The notes: generated by a model not told the origin, from the letters alone. Positions 35,157 through 45,850 are shown, numbered from the stretch's first letter. The stretch: 64,000 nucleotides of DNA from Thiobacillus sp. (GCA_030680405.1 JAUXVT010000061.1:704-64703), one strand, 5' to 3'. Numbers and translations are program-made.

Positions 35157-35249
35157 CGCTGATGTTGCCGCAAAGCAAGTCAGTGTTGTCTCCTCCAATC
35201 CGCCTCCTTTGGTGGATACTCGCCCGGCTCCTGAGCCGGGCATTTTTTT
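35156..35249 (+). ncRNA. CU-rich small RNA resembling the betaproteobacterial 'toxic sRNA' family
   Basis: 5' hairpin, core TGTCTCCTCCAATCCGCCTCCTTTGGTGGAT, terminator GCCCGGCTC-CT-GAGCCGGGC followed by a T-run; no credible ORF. Confidence 0.7.
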
Positions 35250-35297
35250 GCCTGTTTTTTGGGTGCGCATGGGCAAGGTGCCGACTCAGCGCTGCAC

Positions 35298-35567
35298 CTA
35301 ATCGATCCGCTTCTCGAATCCACTGAACTGGCCGTGTGCCTCGCTGAGCTCGATGCGCTCCACCCGTGCCTGCGGCGGGCCGCTGCGTGCCCAACCAGTG
35401 AGCGTGTCGACGGCTTCGGCCGACCCCTGAATCACGGCTTCCACCGACCCATCGGGCGCGTTGCGCACCCAGCCGGTGACGCCCAGCCGTTCGGCCTCGC
35501 GGCACATGGATTCGCGAAACCACACGCCCTGCACCCGGCCATGGATGCGCAGGTGCTGCGTCTTCAT
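35298..35567 (-). CDS. acyP: Acylphosphatase
   Basis: [26 protein letters not shown]. Confidence 0.93.
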   Translation of the reverse strand: MKTQHLRIHGRVQGVWFRESMCREAERLGVTGWVRNAPDGSVEAVIQGSAEAVDTLTGWARSGPPQARVERIELSEAHGQFSGFEKRID

Positions 35568-35574
35568 GCCAGGC

Positions 35575-37647
35575 TCACTTCACCTTCATGCCCGGCTGCG
35601 CGCCGCTGTCGGGCGACAGGATGAACAGGCCGGGCGCGTCGCCCGAGGCCGCCAGCACCATGCCTTCGCTCATGCCGAACTTCATCTTGCGCGGGGCGAG
35701 GTTGGCGACCATCACGGTCAGCCGTCCCACCAGCGCTTCCGGCGCATAAGCCGACTTGATGCCGGCAAATACCTGGCGCGTGCCGAGTTCGCCAAGGTCG
35801 AGCGTCAGCCGCAGCAGCTTGTCGGCGCCTTCGACGTGCTCGGCATTGGCGATGCGCGCAATGCGCAGGTCGATCTTGTTGAAGTCGTCGATGCTGATGG
35901 TGTCGGGTAATGGCGTGCCGGCCGCCGGCTGCGCGGCGTGCACCTGCGCTTCGGCGTGGCGCGCCGGTGTGGGGGCGGGGGTTGCCTGAGTGCTTGTCGC
36001 AGCGAGGTTCTGTTTGTTGGCGTCCACCATGGCTTCGATGGATTTGGGGTCGATACGGGTCATCAGGTGGTTGTACTCGTTGATGCGGTGGCGGATGAAC
36101 AGGCTCTGTGCGTCTTCCCAGGCCAGCGGCGGGATGTTGAGGAAGGCCTCGACCTCGCCAGCCAGCTTCGGCAGCACCGGCTTCAGGTACAGGGTCAGCA
36201 GGCGGAAGCAGTTCAGCGCCACCGTGCAGACCTCGTGCAGGCGATACACCGCCTCGGGCTTCTTGGCCAGTTCCCAGGGTTTTTCGTCGGCCACAAACTG
36301 GTTGGCGCGGTCGGCCAGCGCCATGATCTCGCGCAGCGCCTTGGCAAAATCGCGCGCCTCGTAATGCGCGGCGATCGAGCCGGCGGCGGCCTGGAATTCA
36401 CCGATCAGTTCGATATTGGCCACGCCGTCGGCGAGCTTGCCGTCGAATTTCTTGTGGATGAAGCCGGCGGTGCGGCTGGCGATGTTGATGAACTTGCCGA
36501 CCAGATCCGAATTCACCCGCGCGACGAAATCGTCGAGGTTGAGGTCGATGTCCTCCATCGAGCTGTTGAGCTTGGCGGCGTAGTAATAGCGCAGCCATTC
36601 GGGATTCAGCTTCTGCGCCAGATAGCTTTCGGCGGTGATGAAGGTGCCGCGCGACTTCGACATCTTCTGCCCGTTCACCGTCAGAAAGCCGTGCGCGTAA
36701 ACCGCCGTCGGCAGGCGGTGGCCGGAATACTTCAGCATCGCCGGCCAGAACAGGGCGTGGAAATACAGGATGTCCTTGCCGATGAAGTGCACCAGTTCGG
36801 TCCTGGAGTCGGCACCCCACCAGGCGTCGAAGTCGAGGCCGTTATCCGCGGCGTACTTGGCGAAGCTCGCCATATAGCCCACCGGCGCATCCAGCCACAC
36901 ATAGAAATACTTGCCCGGCGCGCCGGGAATCTCGAAGCCGAAGTAGGGCGCGTCGCGACTGATGTCCCAGTTGTTGAGTCCGGAAGCGAACCATTCCTGC
37001 ATCTTGTTGGCGGCTTCCGCCTGCAGCGCGCCCGAGGTCGTCCACTCGCGCAGGAAGGCTTCGCAGGCGCCGAGCTTGAAGAAGTAATGCTCGGAATCCT
37101 TGTGCACCGGCGTCGCGCCCGACACCGCCGACACCGGGTTCTTCAGTTCGGTCGGGCTGTAGGTCGCGCCGCACACCTCGCAGTTGTCGCCGTACTGGTC
37201 CGCCGCCCCGCACTTGGGGCATTCGCCCTTGATGAAGCGATCCGGCAGGAACAGATTTTTCACCGGGTCGTACAACTGGGCAATCGTCTTGACCTCGATC
37301 AGGCCGGCTTCCTGCAGGCGCAGGTAGATTGTCGAGGCCAACTCGCGATTCTCGTCGGAATGCGTCGAGTAGTAATGGTCGAAGCTGATGTTGAAGCCGG
37401 CGAAGTCGCGCGTGTGCTCGTCCCACACCCGGCCGATCAGCGCTTCCGGCGTGATGCCTTCCTTTTCCGCGCGCAGCATGATCGCGGTGCCGTGGGTGTC
37501 GTCGGCGCACACATAGCGGCAGTCGTGGCCGCGCATTTTCTGGAAACGCACCCAGACGTCGGTCTGGATGTATTCGACCAGATGGCCGAGGTGAATGCTG
37601 CCGTTGGCGTAGGGCAGGGCAGAGGTGACAAGAATCTGGCGGGACAT
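35575..37647 (-). CDS. metG: Methionine--tRNA ligase
   Basis: ALPYANG.IHLGH, Zn knuckle, KMSKS, C-terminal tRNA-binding domain. Confidence 0.97.
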   Translation of the reverse strand: MSRQILVTSALPYANGSIHLGHLVEYIQTDVWVRFQKMRGHDCRYVCADDTHGTAIMLRAEKEGITPEALIGRVWDEHTRDFAGFNISFDHYYSTHSDENRELASTIYLRLQEAGLIEVKTIAQLYDPVKNLFLPDRFIKGECPKCGAADQYGDNCEVCGATYSPTELKNPVSAVSGATPVHKDSEHYFFKLGACEAFLREWTTSGALQAEAANKMQEWFASGLNNWDISRDAPYFGFEIPGAPGKYFYVWLDAPVGYMASFAKYAADNGLDFDAWWGADSRTELVHFIGKDILYFHALFWPAMLKYSGHRLPTAVYAHGFLTVNGQKMSKSRGTFITAESYLAQKLNPEWLRYYYAAKLNSSMEDIDLNLDDFVARVNSDLVGKFINIASRTAGFIHKKFDGKLADGVANIELIGEFQAAAGSIAAHYEARDFAKALREIMALADRANQFVADEKPWELAKKPEAVYRLHEVCTVALNCFRLLTLYLKPVLPKLAGEVEAFLNIPPLAWEDAQSLFIRHRINEYNHLMTRIDPKSIEAMVDANKQNLAATSTQATPAPTPARHAEAQVHAAQPAAGTPLPDTISIDDFNKIDLRIARIANAEHVEGADKLLRLTLDLGELGTRQVFAGIKSAYAPEALVGRLTVMVANLAPRKMKFGMSEGMVLAASGDAPGLFILSPDSGAQPGMKVK

Positions 37648-37699
37648 GGAAAAAGCCGGGCGAATACCCAAAGGGCACAAGAAGCCGCCATTTTACCGG

Positions 37700-38302
37700 C
37701 TAGAAGCGCGAGCCGGGCTGCTTGAGGAATTCGATTTCCTCGGGTGTGCCGGGACGTCCCAGCAATTCGTTGCGGTGCGGGAAACGGCCGAAGCGGACCA
37801 CGACATCGCGATGCTTGCGGGCGTAATCGAGGAAACCGTCGAACAGGCCGCGCTCGGCGGCAGCCGCTTCATGGGCGAGCTTCTCGTACAGCGCGACGGA
37901 CAAGTCCTGCATCTTCATCGACTCGGCGTGTTCCAGCGGCAGGTAGACAAACACCCGTTCGATCGGCGTGACGTGCGCATCCTCGCCGTGCTGGATCATC
38001 TCCATGGCGAGCGCCAGCGATAGTGCATCGTATGCAAACGACTGGCCGTGGTCGCGATGGACGTGGTGCGGAAACTGATCCAGCACCACGATCAGCGCCA
38101 GCCGCCCGCGTGGGGTGGCCGCCCAGCTATCAAGCTCGCCTTTGCCCGCAGCGACGAGCGTTTCGGCAAAGCGCGCAACCACGATTTGATCGTTGGCAGC
38201 GGACTTGGCGAACCAGAGTGTGCGCTGACGCGCGGCGATCTCCGCCGCCGAACCCTGCGCGCCGAACCAGAAATCGAGCACCGCATCCGGCGTGGCGATC
38301 AT
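37700..38302 (-). CDS. DUF924 family protein
   Basis: VLDFWF, LDQFP, YLPLEHAE, FGRFPHRN..LGR..T.EE. Confidence 0.9.
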   Translation of the reverse strand: MIATPDAVLDFWFGAQGSAAEIAARQRTLWFAKSAANDQIVVARFAETLVAAGKGELDSWAATPRGRLALIVVLDQFPHHVHRDHGQSFAYDALSLALAMEMIQHGEDAHVTPIERVFVYLPLEHAESMKMQDLSVALYEKLAHEAAAAERGLFDGFLDYARKHRDVVVRFGRFPHRNELLGRPGTPEEIEFLKQPGSRF

Positions 38303-38309
38303 CGCTGTC

Positions 38310-38561
38310 TCAGAAAATATCGTCGGGCAGATCGTTATGCGAACCGTCGCAGAACGGCTTGTCCTTGGTGTGCTTGCAGTTGCACAGCCACACCGTGGTC
38401 TTTTCTTCGATGACGAACGACATCGGTTCCATCTCCGTGCTTTCGTGCGAGCCGTCGCAGAACGGCTGCGTCATCGAGCGGCCGCACGTACACCACCAGT
38501 ATTCACCGGGTTCGAGTTCGAGTTCGGCGGGATTGCGGTCATACACAACGGGTTCGGACAT
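38310..38561 (-). CDS. Tandem CDGSH iron-sulfur protein
   Basis: CTCGRS..QPFCDGSH and CNCKHT...PFCDGSH. Confidence 0.93.
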   Translation of the reverse strand: MSEPVVYDRNPAELELEPGEYWWCTCGRSMTQPFCDGSHESTEMEPMSFVIEEKTTVWLCNCKHTKDKPFCDGSHNDLPDDIF

Positions 38562-38642
38562 GGGGGGCTCCTGCGCAAAAGGCGCCATTCTAGCCGCATC
38601 GAGCGCTCTGAAATCCTTACGGTTTTTGTGTCAATTCGGACA

Positions 38643-38775
38643 GGGAGCCTTTGCAAAAGCTGTCATCGCGAGGAGCGTAGTGACGTGGCGATCCAGAATT
38701 ACACGGTAAATCAGAGATCTGGATTGCCGCGCTGCGCTCGCAATGACCAAGTGCAGGGTTTTTGCAGAGGTTCCC
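38643..38775. mobile_element. MITE-like element with 16-bp IS5-like terminal IRs
   Basis: GGGAGCCTTTGCAAAA (38643-38658) and TTTTGCAGAGGTTCCC (38760-38775) match at 14 of 16 positions; no transposase inside. Confidence 0.6.
38661..38748. repeat. Palindromic miniature element, copy 2
   Basis: GTCATCGCGAG...GGCGATCCAGA...TCTGGATTGCC...CTCGCAATGAC. Confidence 0.85.
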
Positions 38776-38952
38776 CCGGGGGCCACGCCATGGGCGCAGA
38801 TTTGGCGCACGACTTCGCAAGCGATATAGCCTCGCCCAAAATCGCGGCTGCATTTATTTGTGATTGATGGAAGGGGGTTGCACAGGGCACTGCCGTAGGA
38901 AGGCCGTGCCCTGCCAAGCTTTCCCGTCGCGACGAGAAAGCTCAATACACGA

Positions 38953-39237
38953 TTACTTCTTGGTGCCGTTCACTACAGCCTTGAGCGTTGCACCCGGCTT
39001 GAACGCGGGGACCTTGGCGGCCTTGATCTTCAGCTCTTCGCCGGTCCTGGGGTTGCGGCCCGTGCGTGCGGCGCGCTTGCGCACTTCGAATGTGCCAAAG
39101 CCAACCAGCGTCAGGGAGTCGCCCTTTTTCAGGGTGCCCGAGATGATGTCGATCAGCGCGCCGACGGAACGTTCGGCATCCGCCTTAGTGGATTCGGTCT
39201 TGGCGGCCAGTGCGTCAACGAGTTCTTTTCTGTTCAT
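38953..39237 (-). CDS. HU family DNA-binding protein
   Basis: MNRKELV, LVGFGTF, RAARTGRNPRTG, PAFKPG. Confidence 0.95.
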   Translation of the reverse strand: MNRKELVDALAAKTESTKADAERSVGALIDIISGTLKKGDSLTLVGFGTFEVRKRAARTGRNPRTGEELKIKAAKVPAFKPGATLKAVVNGTKK

Positions 39238-39413
39238 GTTTGATAGCTCCTTGGTGAATGTGGGAAAGCCCGGTTCGGATTATTGTTGAAGAAACCACCT
39301 GCTGGCAATGCCCAATCACCGCGCCTTCAGGGCATGTGTCCGACTTTGTCGATGCCGGGTAGTGACACCTTACCCGAATCCTGACCCAGGCGGATGCGCA
39401 ACAATTCATCCCT

Positions 39414-39490
39414 CGTCATGGCGGGCACAGCGAAGCAATCCAGAACTCTCATTGAATCAATGGCTTATCGATCGCCTCCCAAACGCCAAT
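39414..39490. repeat. Degenerate palindromic element (left arm only)
   Basis: CGTCATGGCGGGCACAGCGAAGCAATCCAGA resembles the left arm of the other copies; the right arm is eroded. Confidence 0.55.
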
Positions 39491-39893
39491 CCCCTGTGAC
39501 CCGAAGGCCATGCGGCATCGTATGCCGCGGCTTTGCGGGCTTTGTCCCCTTCAGATGGGTTGCCCTGATTCCCCCGTCGTGATGGGTGCAATCGTGCACC
39601 CGCAACCCGAAATCCCGCCCCGGCAGAAACCGGCGCCGCCTGAAAGCCCGCCGCCGCATGCGTTAAACTCGGTTCAATAACAAGGGGGAGCACACAATGA
39701 CATTCGATCTCCAGGGCACACACACCCGGAATACGCCGATCAGCGGATGGATCGCACAAGCGCATCCTGTCCCGGATCAGGGCGGGTCGATGGACCTTCT
39801 CCCCGCAAGCCGCCTCCTCTTCAAGGCGGCCAGCACGCCCAAAATACTGGATCGTCACCGATTTTCCGCAAACAACATGAGCACGTCCAAGGC

Positions 39894-40286
39894 ATGACCC
39901 AAGACACGTCCAAACCCTGCCCCTTTTGCCATCTCGACCCCAGCCGCATCATGGCCGAGGATGAACTCACCGTCGTCTACCGCGATGGCTTCCCCGTCTC
40001 GCTAGGCCACTGCGTCATCATCCCGCGCCGCCACTTCGCCACCCTGTTCGACGCCACCGAAGCCGAGCAGGCCGCGCTGCTGAAGGCGCTGGCGCACGCC
40101 AGGGACATCATCGACAAGTACCACCAGCCGGACGGCTACAACATCGGCATCAACCACGGCCAGGCCGGCGGCCAGACCGTGCCGCACCTGCATATCCACC
40201 TGATCCCCCGCTACCGGGGTGACAAGGAAGACCCGCGGGGCGGCGTGCGGTGGGTGCTGCCGGACAAGGCGAAGTATTGGGCCTGA
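39894..40286 (+). CDS. HIT family nucleotide hydrolase
   Basis: CPFC, FPVS.GH, GYNIGIN.G..GGQTVPHLHIHLIPR. Confidence 0.92.
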   Translation: MTQDTSKPCPFCHLDPSRIMAEDELTVVYRDGFPVSLGHCVIIPRRHFATLFDATEAEQAALLKALAHARDIIDKYHQPDGYNIGINHGQAGGQTVPHLHIHLIPRYRGDKEDPRGGVRWVLPDKAKYWA

Positions 40287-40292
40287 CTTGAT

Positions 40293-40496
40293 GTGATTAC
40301 CCTCGCCCAACTCGAATCCCACCTCTGGGAATCTGCCAACATTCTGCGCGGCCCGGTGGATGCGGCTGACTTCAAGACCTACATCTTCCAGCTGCTGTTC
40401 TTCAAGCGCATCTGTGATGTATGGGATGAGGAGTTTGCCGAGATCGTTGCCGATAGCTATCCGACAATACTACTGAGATACGAGCATGAAAGCTGA
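40293..40496 (+). pseudogene. hsdM: N-terminal fragment of type I R-M methyltransferase subunit
   Basis: LESHLWESANILRGPVDAADFKTYIF.LLFFKRICDVWDEE, then abrupt truncation. Confidence 0.8.
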
Positions 40497-42585
40497 AGAC
40501 ACTCTGGTAACGAATCTTCTTGAGGGCGCGAAGCAGTTCATCGTGCCGATTTTTCAGCGTGACTACAGTTGGGGCACCAAGCACTGCCAGCAGTTGTGGA
40601 AAGACGTGATTCGGGTCGGCAGCGATCACAACGTAAAAGGTCACTTCCTTGGTTCCGTCGTCTATGTGGCGGCCGAGGACAGCTCCGCGACGATTACGCG
40701 CTGGTTGCTGATTGACGGTCAGCAGCGGATGACGACGCTGACTCTGTTGTTGATCGCCCTGCGGGATCGGCTATCGGAGTTGCAGGGGAATGGAGATGGT
40801 GGCGATGAGATGTCGACGCCGGAGGAGTTGGACGACTATTACCTGCGCAACCGGCATGGCAAGGGTGACCGCCGACACAAGCTGCACTTGCGTCGGGCCG
40901 ACCACGAAACCTTGATTGCCTTGCTGGATGGGAAGGTGATTCCCGATGCCGCTTCTGAGCGGGTGAAGGAGAACTTCATCTTCCTGCGCGATCTGGTGGC
41001 TAAGGCCGACGTGTCGACCGTTTACGCCGGCATCAAGAAGCTGGTGGTAGTGGATGTATGCCTGACTCGCGGGCAGGACGATCCGCAGATGATCTTTGAG
41101 AGCTTGAACTCGACCGGCGTCGATCTGACTCAGGCCGACCTGATCCGCAATTTCGTGCTGATGCGCCTCGACGAGACTTCGCAGACGCAACTCTACGAAG
41201 AGTACTGGCAACCCATCGAGGTTGCCTTCGGCCGGCGCTACCGTACCGAGTTCGACAAATTCGTGAAGGATTTCCTGACGCTGCAATTGCGGCCTGGAAC
41301 GCCACTGAAGGCCGCCGAGATTTACCACGAATTCCGTGGCTTCTTCTTGCGCACGGTGGAAAAACGTGGCGTGGATGGCATCCTGAGCGATTTGCGCCGC
41401 TTCGGCACCTATTACACGGCATTCAGCCACGGGCAGGAAAAGCAACCGGCCCTGAAGGAGGCATTCGCCCGTCTGCGTTCGCTGATCGAGGTCGCTTCGC
41501 CGGTGGTGCTGACCCTCTACGATTACCACGAACGGGCCAAGACCCTGAGTTCCGACGAATTCGTCGAGGCCATCGAACTTCTGGAGAGCTTTGTCTTCCG
41601 GCGCTCGGTGTGCGACATGCAAACCCGCAGCCTGGGTCAGATATTCGCTAGTCTTGCCTACCGCATCACTGAGACCCAGCCTCTATTGAATCTCAAGGTG
41701 GCGCTGTATCGGCAGGGCAAGAAGCGACGCTTCCCAACCGATGCGGAGTTCCGTGAGGCGCTGGAGACCCGCGACGTCTACGATATGCGCACCTGCTTCT
41801 ACCTGCTTGATCGACTGGAGAATTTCAGCAAGGAGCGCATCGACACATCCAGGTTCACCATCGAGCACGTCATGCCGCAGAACGGAGATTTGCGTCCCGA
41901 GTGGCGGGCCATGCTCGGCAGCGATTGGCAGGCAGTGCAGGAAACCTGGCTGCACCGACTCGGAAATCTGACGCTGACCGGCTACAACTCCGCCTACAGC
42001 GACCGACCATTCGCCGAGAAAAAAGCGATTGCTGGTGGTTTCAACGAGAGCCCTTTGCGGCTGAACAAGTTCATCCGCGAACAATCGGCATGGACCGCCG
42101 CCACCATTGAGCAGCGCGGCAAACAACTGGCCGAGAAAGCATTGGCGGTTTGGCGGCCACTGGTGGTCGATCCGCTGGCCGTGAAGCAGCGCGAACTGGA
42201 TGAACACAAAGCCCTGGCAGCCAACTACCAAATCGAGAACGTCGAGATGGATCAGGTAGCCAAGCAGCTATTCGACGCCATCCGGCCGCAAATCCAGGCG
42301 CTCGGCACTGACATCGTCGAACTGCCGAACGACCGCAGCGTGATCTACCGAGTGTTCGATTTCTTCGTCGAGATCATTCCACGCAAGCAACGACTGAGCT
42401 TGTTGCTGAATCTGGATTTCGCCGATTGCGAAGATGCATCCGGCAAAGCCCGCGACGCGACGGAATTCGCGTTCATCATCGGCGCAATGGAAACTGGCGG
42501 AGTCATTTACACGCTGGAATCCGTGGATGATGTGCCGGAAGCGATCAACGTGGTGCGGCAGGCTTATCAAGGCGTTACAGAGTAA
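40486..42585 (+). CDS. DUF262 + DUF1524 (GmrSD/SspE-like) nuclease with an extra C-terminal domain
   Basis: PIFQRDYSW, IDGQQRMTT, IFESLNSTG; HNH-like TIEHVMPQ...LGNLTLT; C-terminal ~130 aa possibly DUF5655-like. Confidence 0.85.
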   Translation: MKAEDTLVTNLLEGAKQFIVPIFQRDYSWGTKHCQQLWKDVIRVGSDHNVKGHFLGSVVYVAAEDSSATITRWLLIDGQQRMTTLTLLLIALRDRLSELQGNGDGGDEMSTPEELDDYYLRNRHGKGDRRHKLHLRRADHETLIALLDGKVIPDAASERVKENFIFLRDLVAKADVSTVYAGIKKLVVVDVCLTRGQDDPQMIFESLNSTGVDLTQADLIRNFVLMRLDETSQTQLYEEYWQPIEVAFGRRYRTEFDKFVKDFLTLQLRPGTPLKAAEIYHEFRGFFLRTVEKRGVDGILSDLRRFGTYYTAFSHGQEKQPALKEAFARLRSLIEVASPVVLTLYDYHERAKTLSSDEFVEAIELLESFVFRRSVCDMQTRSLGQIFASLAYRITETQPLLNLKVALYRQGKKRRFPTDAEFREALETRDVYDMRTCFYLLDRLENFSKERIDTSRFTIEHVMPQNGDLRPEWRAMLGSDWQAVQETWLHRLGNLTLTGYNSAYSDRPFAEKKAIAGGFNESPLRLNKFIREQSAWTAATIEQRGKQLAEKALAVWRPLVVDPLAVKQRELDEHKALAANYQIENVEMDQVAKQLFDAIRPQIQALGTDIVELPNDRSVIYRVFDFFVEIIPRKQRLSLLLNLDFADCEDASGKARDATEFAFIIGAMETGGVIYTLESVDDVPEAINVVRQAYQGVTE

Positions 42586-42693
42586 GGCCTAAATTTTAAA
42601 AGCCCCATCGCCGTCATCTATTCTGAAGCAATCCAACGTACCCTTAAGGGCTTCGAAAATCCTGCCTATGCTTGCCAAGAACTAGCGAACAGA

Positions 42694-43665
42694 TCACTGA
42701 CCTTGCTGTCGGTCAGCGCTGGTGGTCTTTAATCGCGCTTCAAAGCACACCAGCAGTATTTCTGCCGCCCGCTCCGACACCACCATCACCAGCTTCATCG
42801 TCGCCCGCGTCATCCCCACGAAAAGCTTCCTCAACGCCGCCTCGTCCAGTTCCTCGAAGTCGATCTCGGTGAAGACGATGCACGGCGCGGACTGGCCCTT
42901 GAAGCGGTGGACCGAGTCGATGAATAGTTCGCCTTCGGAATAGATCAGGCTGCCCAGCAGGTCGTACTGGCCGGTGAAGGCCTTGAGGGCGTGCGGCCCC
43001 AGCTTGTCGAGCGGGGTGAAGCAGGAGTGTTCGCGACCGCGGTAGGTGACCACCGAGATCATGTCTTTTTTGAAGCCGGCGCCGAGGCCGCGGGTGATGG
43101 CTGTCTTGGTCTTGTCCATCAGGTCGGCGTGGCTGGCGTAGGTGAGGATTTCCACGTCGGAGCCGTCGAGCGGGCTGCCGGCCTCGATGGTCTGCGCTGA
43201 TCCGACCAGGCGTTGCAGGTAAGCGATGATGCGCGCGGGATCGATACCGGCGGTGCCGGGTTGTCTGACGGTGTAGTCCGGGCAGTAGAGCAGGCTCTCC
43301 AGCAGCGGCTTGTCGGCGTGGCAATAGGCGTTCAGGCGGGCGCGCAGGGCTTCGACGGAGCGGGCCATTTGTGCGGGCACCCGCTTTTCCTTCTTCTCGT
43401 AGTGCTTGGTCAGCCCCTCCGGCGTCTCGCTTAGATAACCGGATTTCTGCTCGATCAGCAGCAGGTTGCCCGCCGGATTGACGATGGCGAAGTCGATCTC
43501 GCCCACCAGAGCGTGGCCCTGATGGACGCGGGTCCAGTGAACGCCGTGGTAGACGGTGTAGGCGTCGGGCAGGCCTGCGGCGAGTTGCGCCAGGGTCTCG
43601 ATCTCGCGCTGCTCCGCACCAGTGGCCTGCAGCGCCTGCCAGCCTTCCGGGATGATGTGTGCCAT
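42694..43665 (-). pseudogene. NERD nuclease / UvrD-like helicase with internal in-frame deletion
   Basis: NERD (YTVYHGVHW, GEIDF, IEQKSG) joined to UvrD C-terminal motifs (SVHRFKGQS, LFVGMTRA); no Walker A/B region. Confidence 0.7.
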
Positions 43666-43963
43666 GGGGGCCTGGGGTGGTTGTGACCCCGGGGATTGTA
43701 CAGACGGCCAGTGGGCCTCGGCAGCGCGCGCCGGTCGTGGCGGAATTCGCGGCAGGGGTCGGACTGTTTGCGGGCAGGGATTCCGAGGTGGGAGGTTGCC
43801 TATGCTTGCCATGACGGGCTCCGTGCTCGGGAACGACGTATGGCGAAGAGGCTTGTATTTCCTGGCTCGGAAGGGGGCGCTGCAGAAAAACTGCAGGGAA
43901 TTTCGGCTGCCGCGCCGGGCAGTGAAATTGCAAGCCTTGGATTGGATACGACAGGAATAAATA

Positions 43964-44041
<78 letters not shown>

Positions 44042-44114
44042 AGGCAGATGGCGGGTTCAGTGATGCGCTGAACCCCTTTGGAAAAACTACCGGGAAATTC
44101 TTGAAACGGTGCGG

Positions 44115-45083
44115 TCAAAAACTACGGTCAACCGCGAAAGCCGCCAATTGTAGCAAAGCTGCCTTGGAATTTGAATCCGCCAAGCAAGAAATTGCTGCGT
44201 TGGCCATCTGGGTTTCGTGCTGCGCGGCGTCGCGGGTGTACTGCAGGGCGCGCGTGTCCTTGATTGCAGCGAGCACGCTCTGGAATTCGGTGAGGCCACC
44301 GTGTTCGATGGCCTGGCGGATGCTGGCGGCCTGTTCGGCAGTGCCGTGCTTCATCGCATACAGCAGCGGCAGGGTGGGTTTGCCCTCGGCCAGGTCGTCG
44401 CCGATGTTCTTGCCGGTTTTGAGGAAGTCGCCGGAGTAGTCCAGCACGTCGTCAATCAGCTGGAACGCGGTGCCGAGGTGCATGCCGTAGCGCGCCAGCG
44501 CGTCTTTCTCCTCCGCCGTGCCGCCGCCGATGACGGCGCCGAGCCGGCCCGCGGCTTCAAACAGCTTGGCGGTCTTGTAGCGGATGACGCGCCGGTAATT
44601 CTCTTCGTCGATGTCGGGGTCGTGGCAGTTGAGCAGTTGCAGCACTTCGCCTTCGGCGATGGTGTTGGTGGCGTCGGACAGGATGCGCATGATTTCCATG
44701 TTGTCGACCGTCACCATCATCTGAAAGGCACGCGAATAGAGAAAGTCGCCGACCAGCACACTGGCGGCATTGCCGAACAGGGCGTTGGCGGTTTCGCGGC
44801 CGCGCCGCAATTCGGATTCGTCGACCACGTCGTCGTGCAGCAGGGTGGCGGTGTGGATGAACTCCACCACCGCAGCGAGTTCGTGGTGCGCGCGTCCCGA
44901 ATAATTGAAGCAGCCGGCCGACAACAGCACCAGGGCCGGGCGCAGCCGCTTGCCGCCGCTGTTAATGATGTATTCGGAGACCTGGCGGATGAGCACCACG
45001 TCGGAATACAGGCTTTGGCGGATGACATGATCGACGGCGCGCATGTCATCGGCCAGGTAGGATTGCAGGCTCTCCAGGGACAC
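44115..45083 (-). CDS. ispB: Octaprenyl diphosphate synthase
   Basis: GGKRLRP, LHDDVVD, FQLIDD.LD; divergent from rplU. Confidence 0.95.
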   Translation of the reverse strand: MSLESLQSYLADDMRAVDHVIRQSLYSDVVLIRQVSEYIINSGGKRLRPALVLLSAGCFNYSGRAHHELAAVVEFIHTATLLHDDVVDESELRRGRETANALFGNAASVLVGDFLYSRAFQMMVTVDNMEIMRILSDATNTIAEGEVLQLLNCHDPDIDEENYRRVIRYKTAKLFEAAGRLGAVIGGGTAEEKDALARYGMHLGTAFQLIDDVLDYSGDFLKTGKNIGDDLAEGKPTLPLLYAMKHGTAEQAASIRQAIEHGGLTEFQSVLAAIKDTRALQYTRDAAQHETQMANAAISCLADSNSKAALLQLAAFAVDRSF

Positions 45084-45191
45084 GATTCAGGCTTGTTATT
45101 GGATAATCCCGCAATGGTAGCAGTCCCGCCGGGCTTTTTACCGCCATGCTGATTTCAAATAGACTGCCAAATGGATAGCCTGCCAAATGGT

Positions 45192-45220
45192 TTGACTTGT
45201 TGCGGCATCACAGCTAGAAT
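45192..45220 (+). promoter_or_regulatory. Sigma70 promoter of rplU-rpmA
   Basis: TTGACT, 17 bp, TAGAAT. Confidence 0.7.
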
Positions 45221-45262
45221 TTCGCGCTTTCCTGGGTTCGAATTGGTTGGAGACCCCCCATC

Positions 45263-45574
45263 ATGTACGCAGTCATCAAAACCGGCGGCAAGCAATATCG
45301 CGTGTGCGCCGGTGACAAACTTAAAATTGAAAAGCTGGACGGTGAAATCGGCAGCGAGATTACCTTTGACCAGGTGTTGATGGTAGGCGATGGTGCCGAC
45401 ATCAAGATGGGTGCGCCCATGCTGCGCGGCGCCACGGTCACGGCCACGGTGCTGAACCAGGCACGCGGCGACAAGATCAAGATTTTCAAGATGCGCCGCC
45501 GCAAGCACTATCGCAAGAGCCAGGGCCACCGCCAGCACTTCACCGAAGTGCAGGTCAGCGCTATTACCGCATAA
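45263..45574 (+). CDS. rplU: 50S ribosomal protein L21
   Basis: [19 protein letters not shown]. Confidence 0.98.
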   Translation: MYAVIKTGGKQYRVCAGDKLKIEKLDGEIGSEITFDQVLMVGDGADIKMGAPMLRGATVTATVLNQARGDKIKIFKMRRRKHYRKSQGHRQHFTEVQVSAITA

Positions 45575-45586
45575 GGAGCACATAAC

Positions 45587-45850
45587 ATGGCACACAAAAA
45601 AGCAGGTGGCAGTTCGCGTAACGGTCGCGATTCGGAGTCGAAACGTCTCGGCGTGAAGCGCTACGGCGGCGAACTGGTTCTGGCAGGCAACATCATCGTG
45701 CGTCAGCGCGGCACCCAGTTCCATCCCGGCGACAATGTCGGCATCGGCAAGGATCACACCCTGTTTGCCAAGGCGCACGGCACGGTCAAGTTCGAAGTCA
45801 AGGGCGCTGCCCGTCGCCGCACGGTTCGTATCGAGCCGGTTGTGGCCTGA
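45587..45850 (+). CDS. rpmA: 50S ribosomal protein L27
   Basis: [23 protein letters not shown]. Confidence 0.98.
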   Translation: MAHKKAGGSSRNGRDSESKRLGVKRYGGELVLAGNIIVRQRGTQFHPGDNVGIGKDHTLFAKAHGTVKFEVKGAARRRTVRIEPVVA

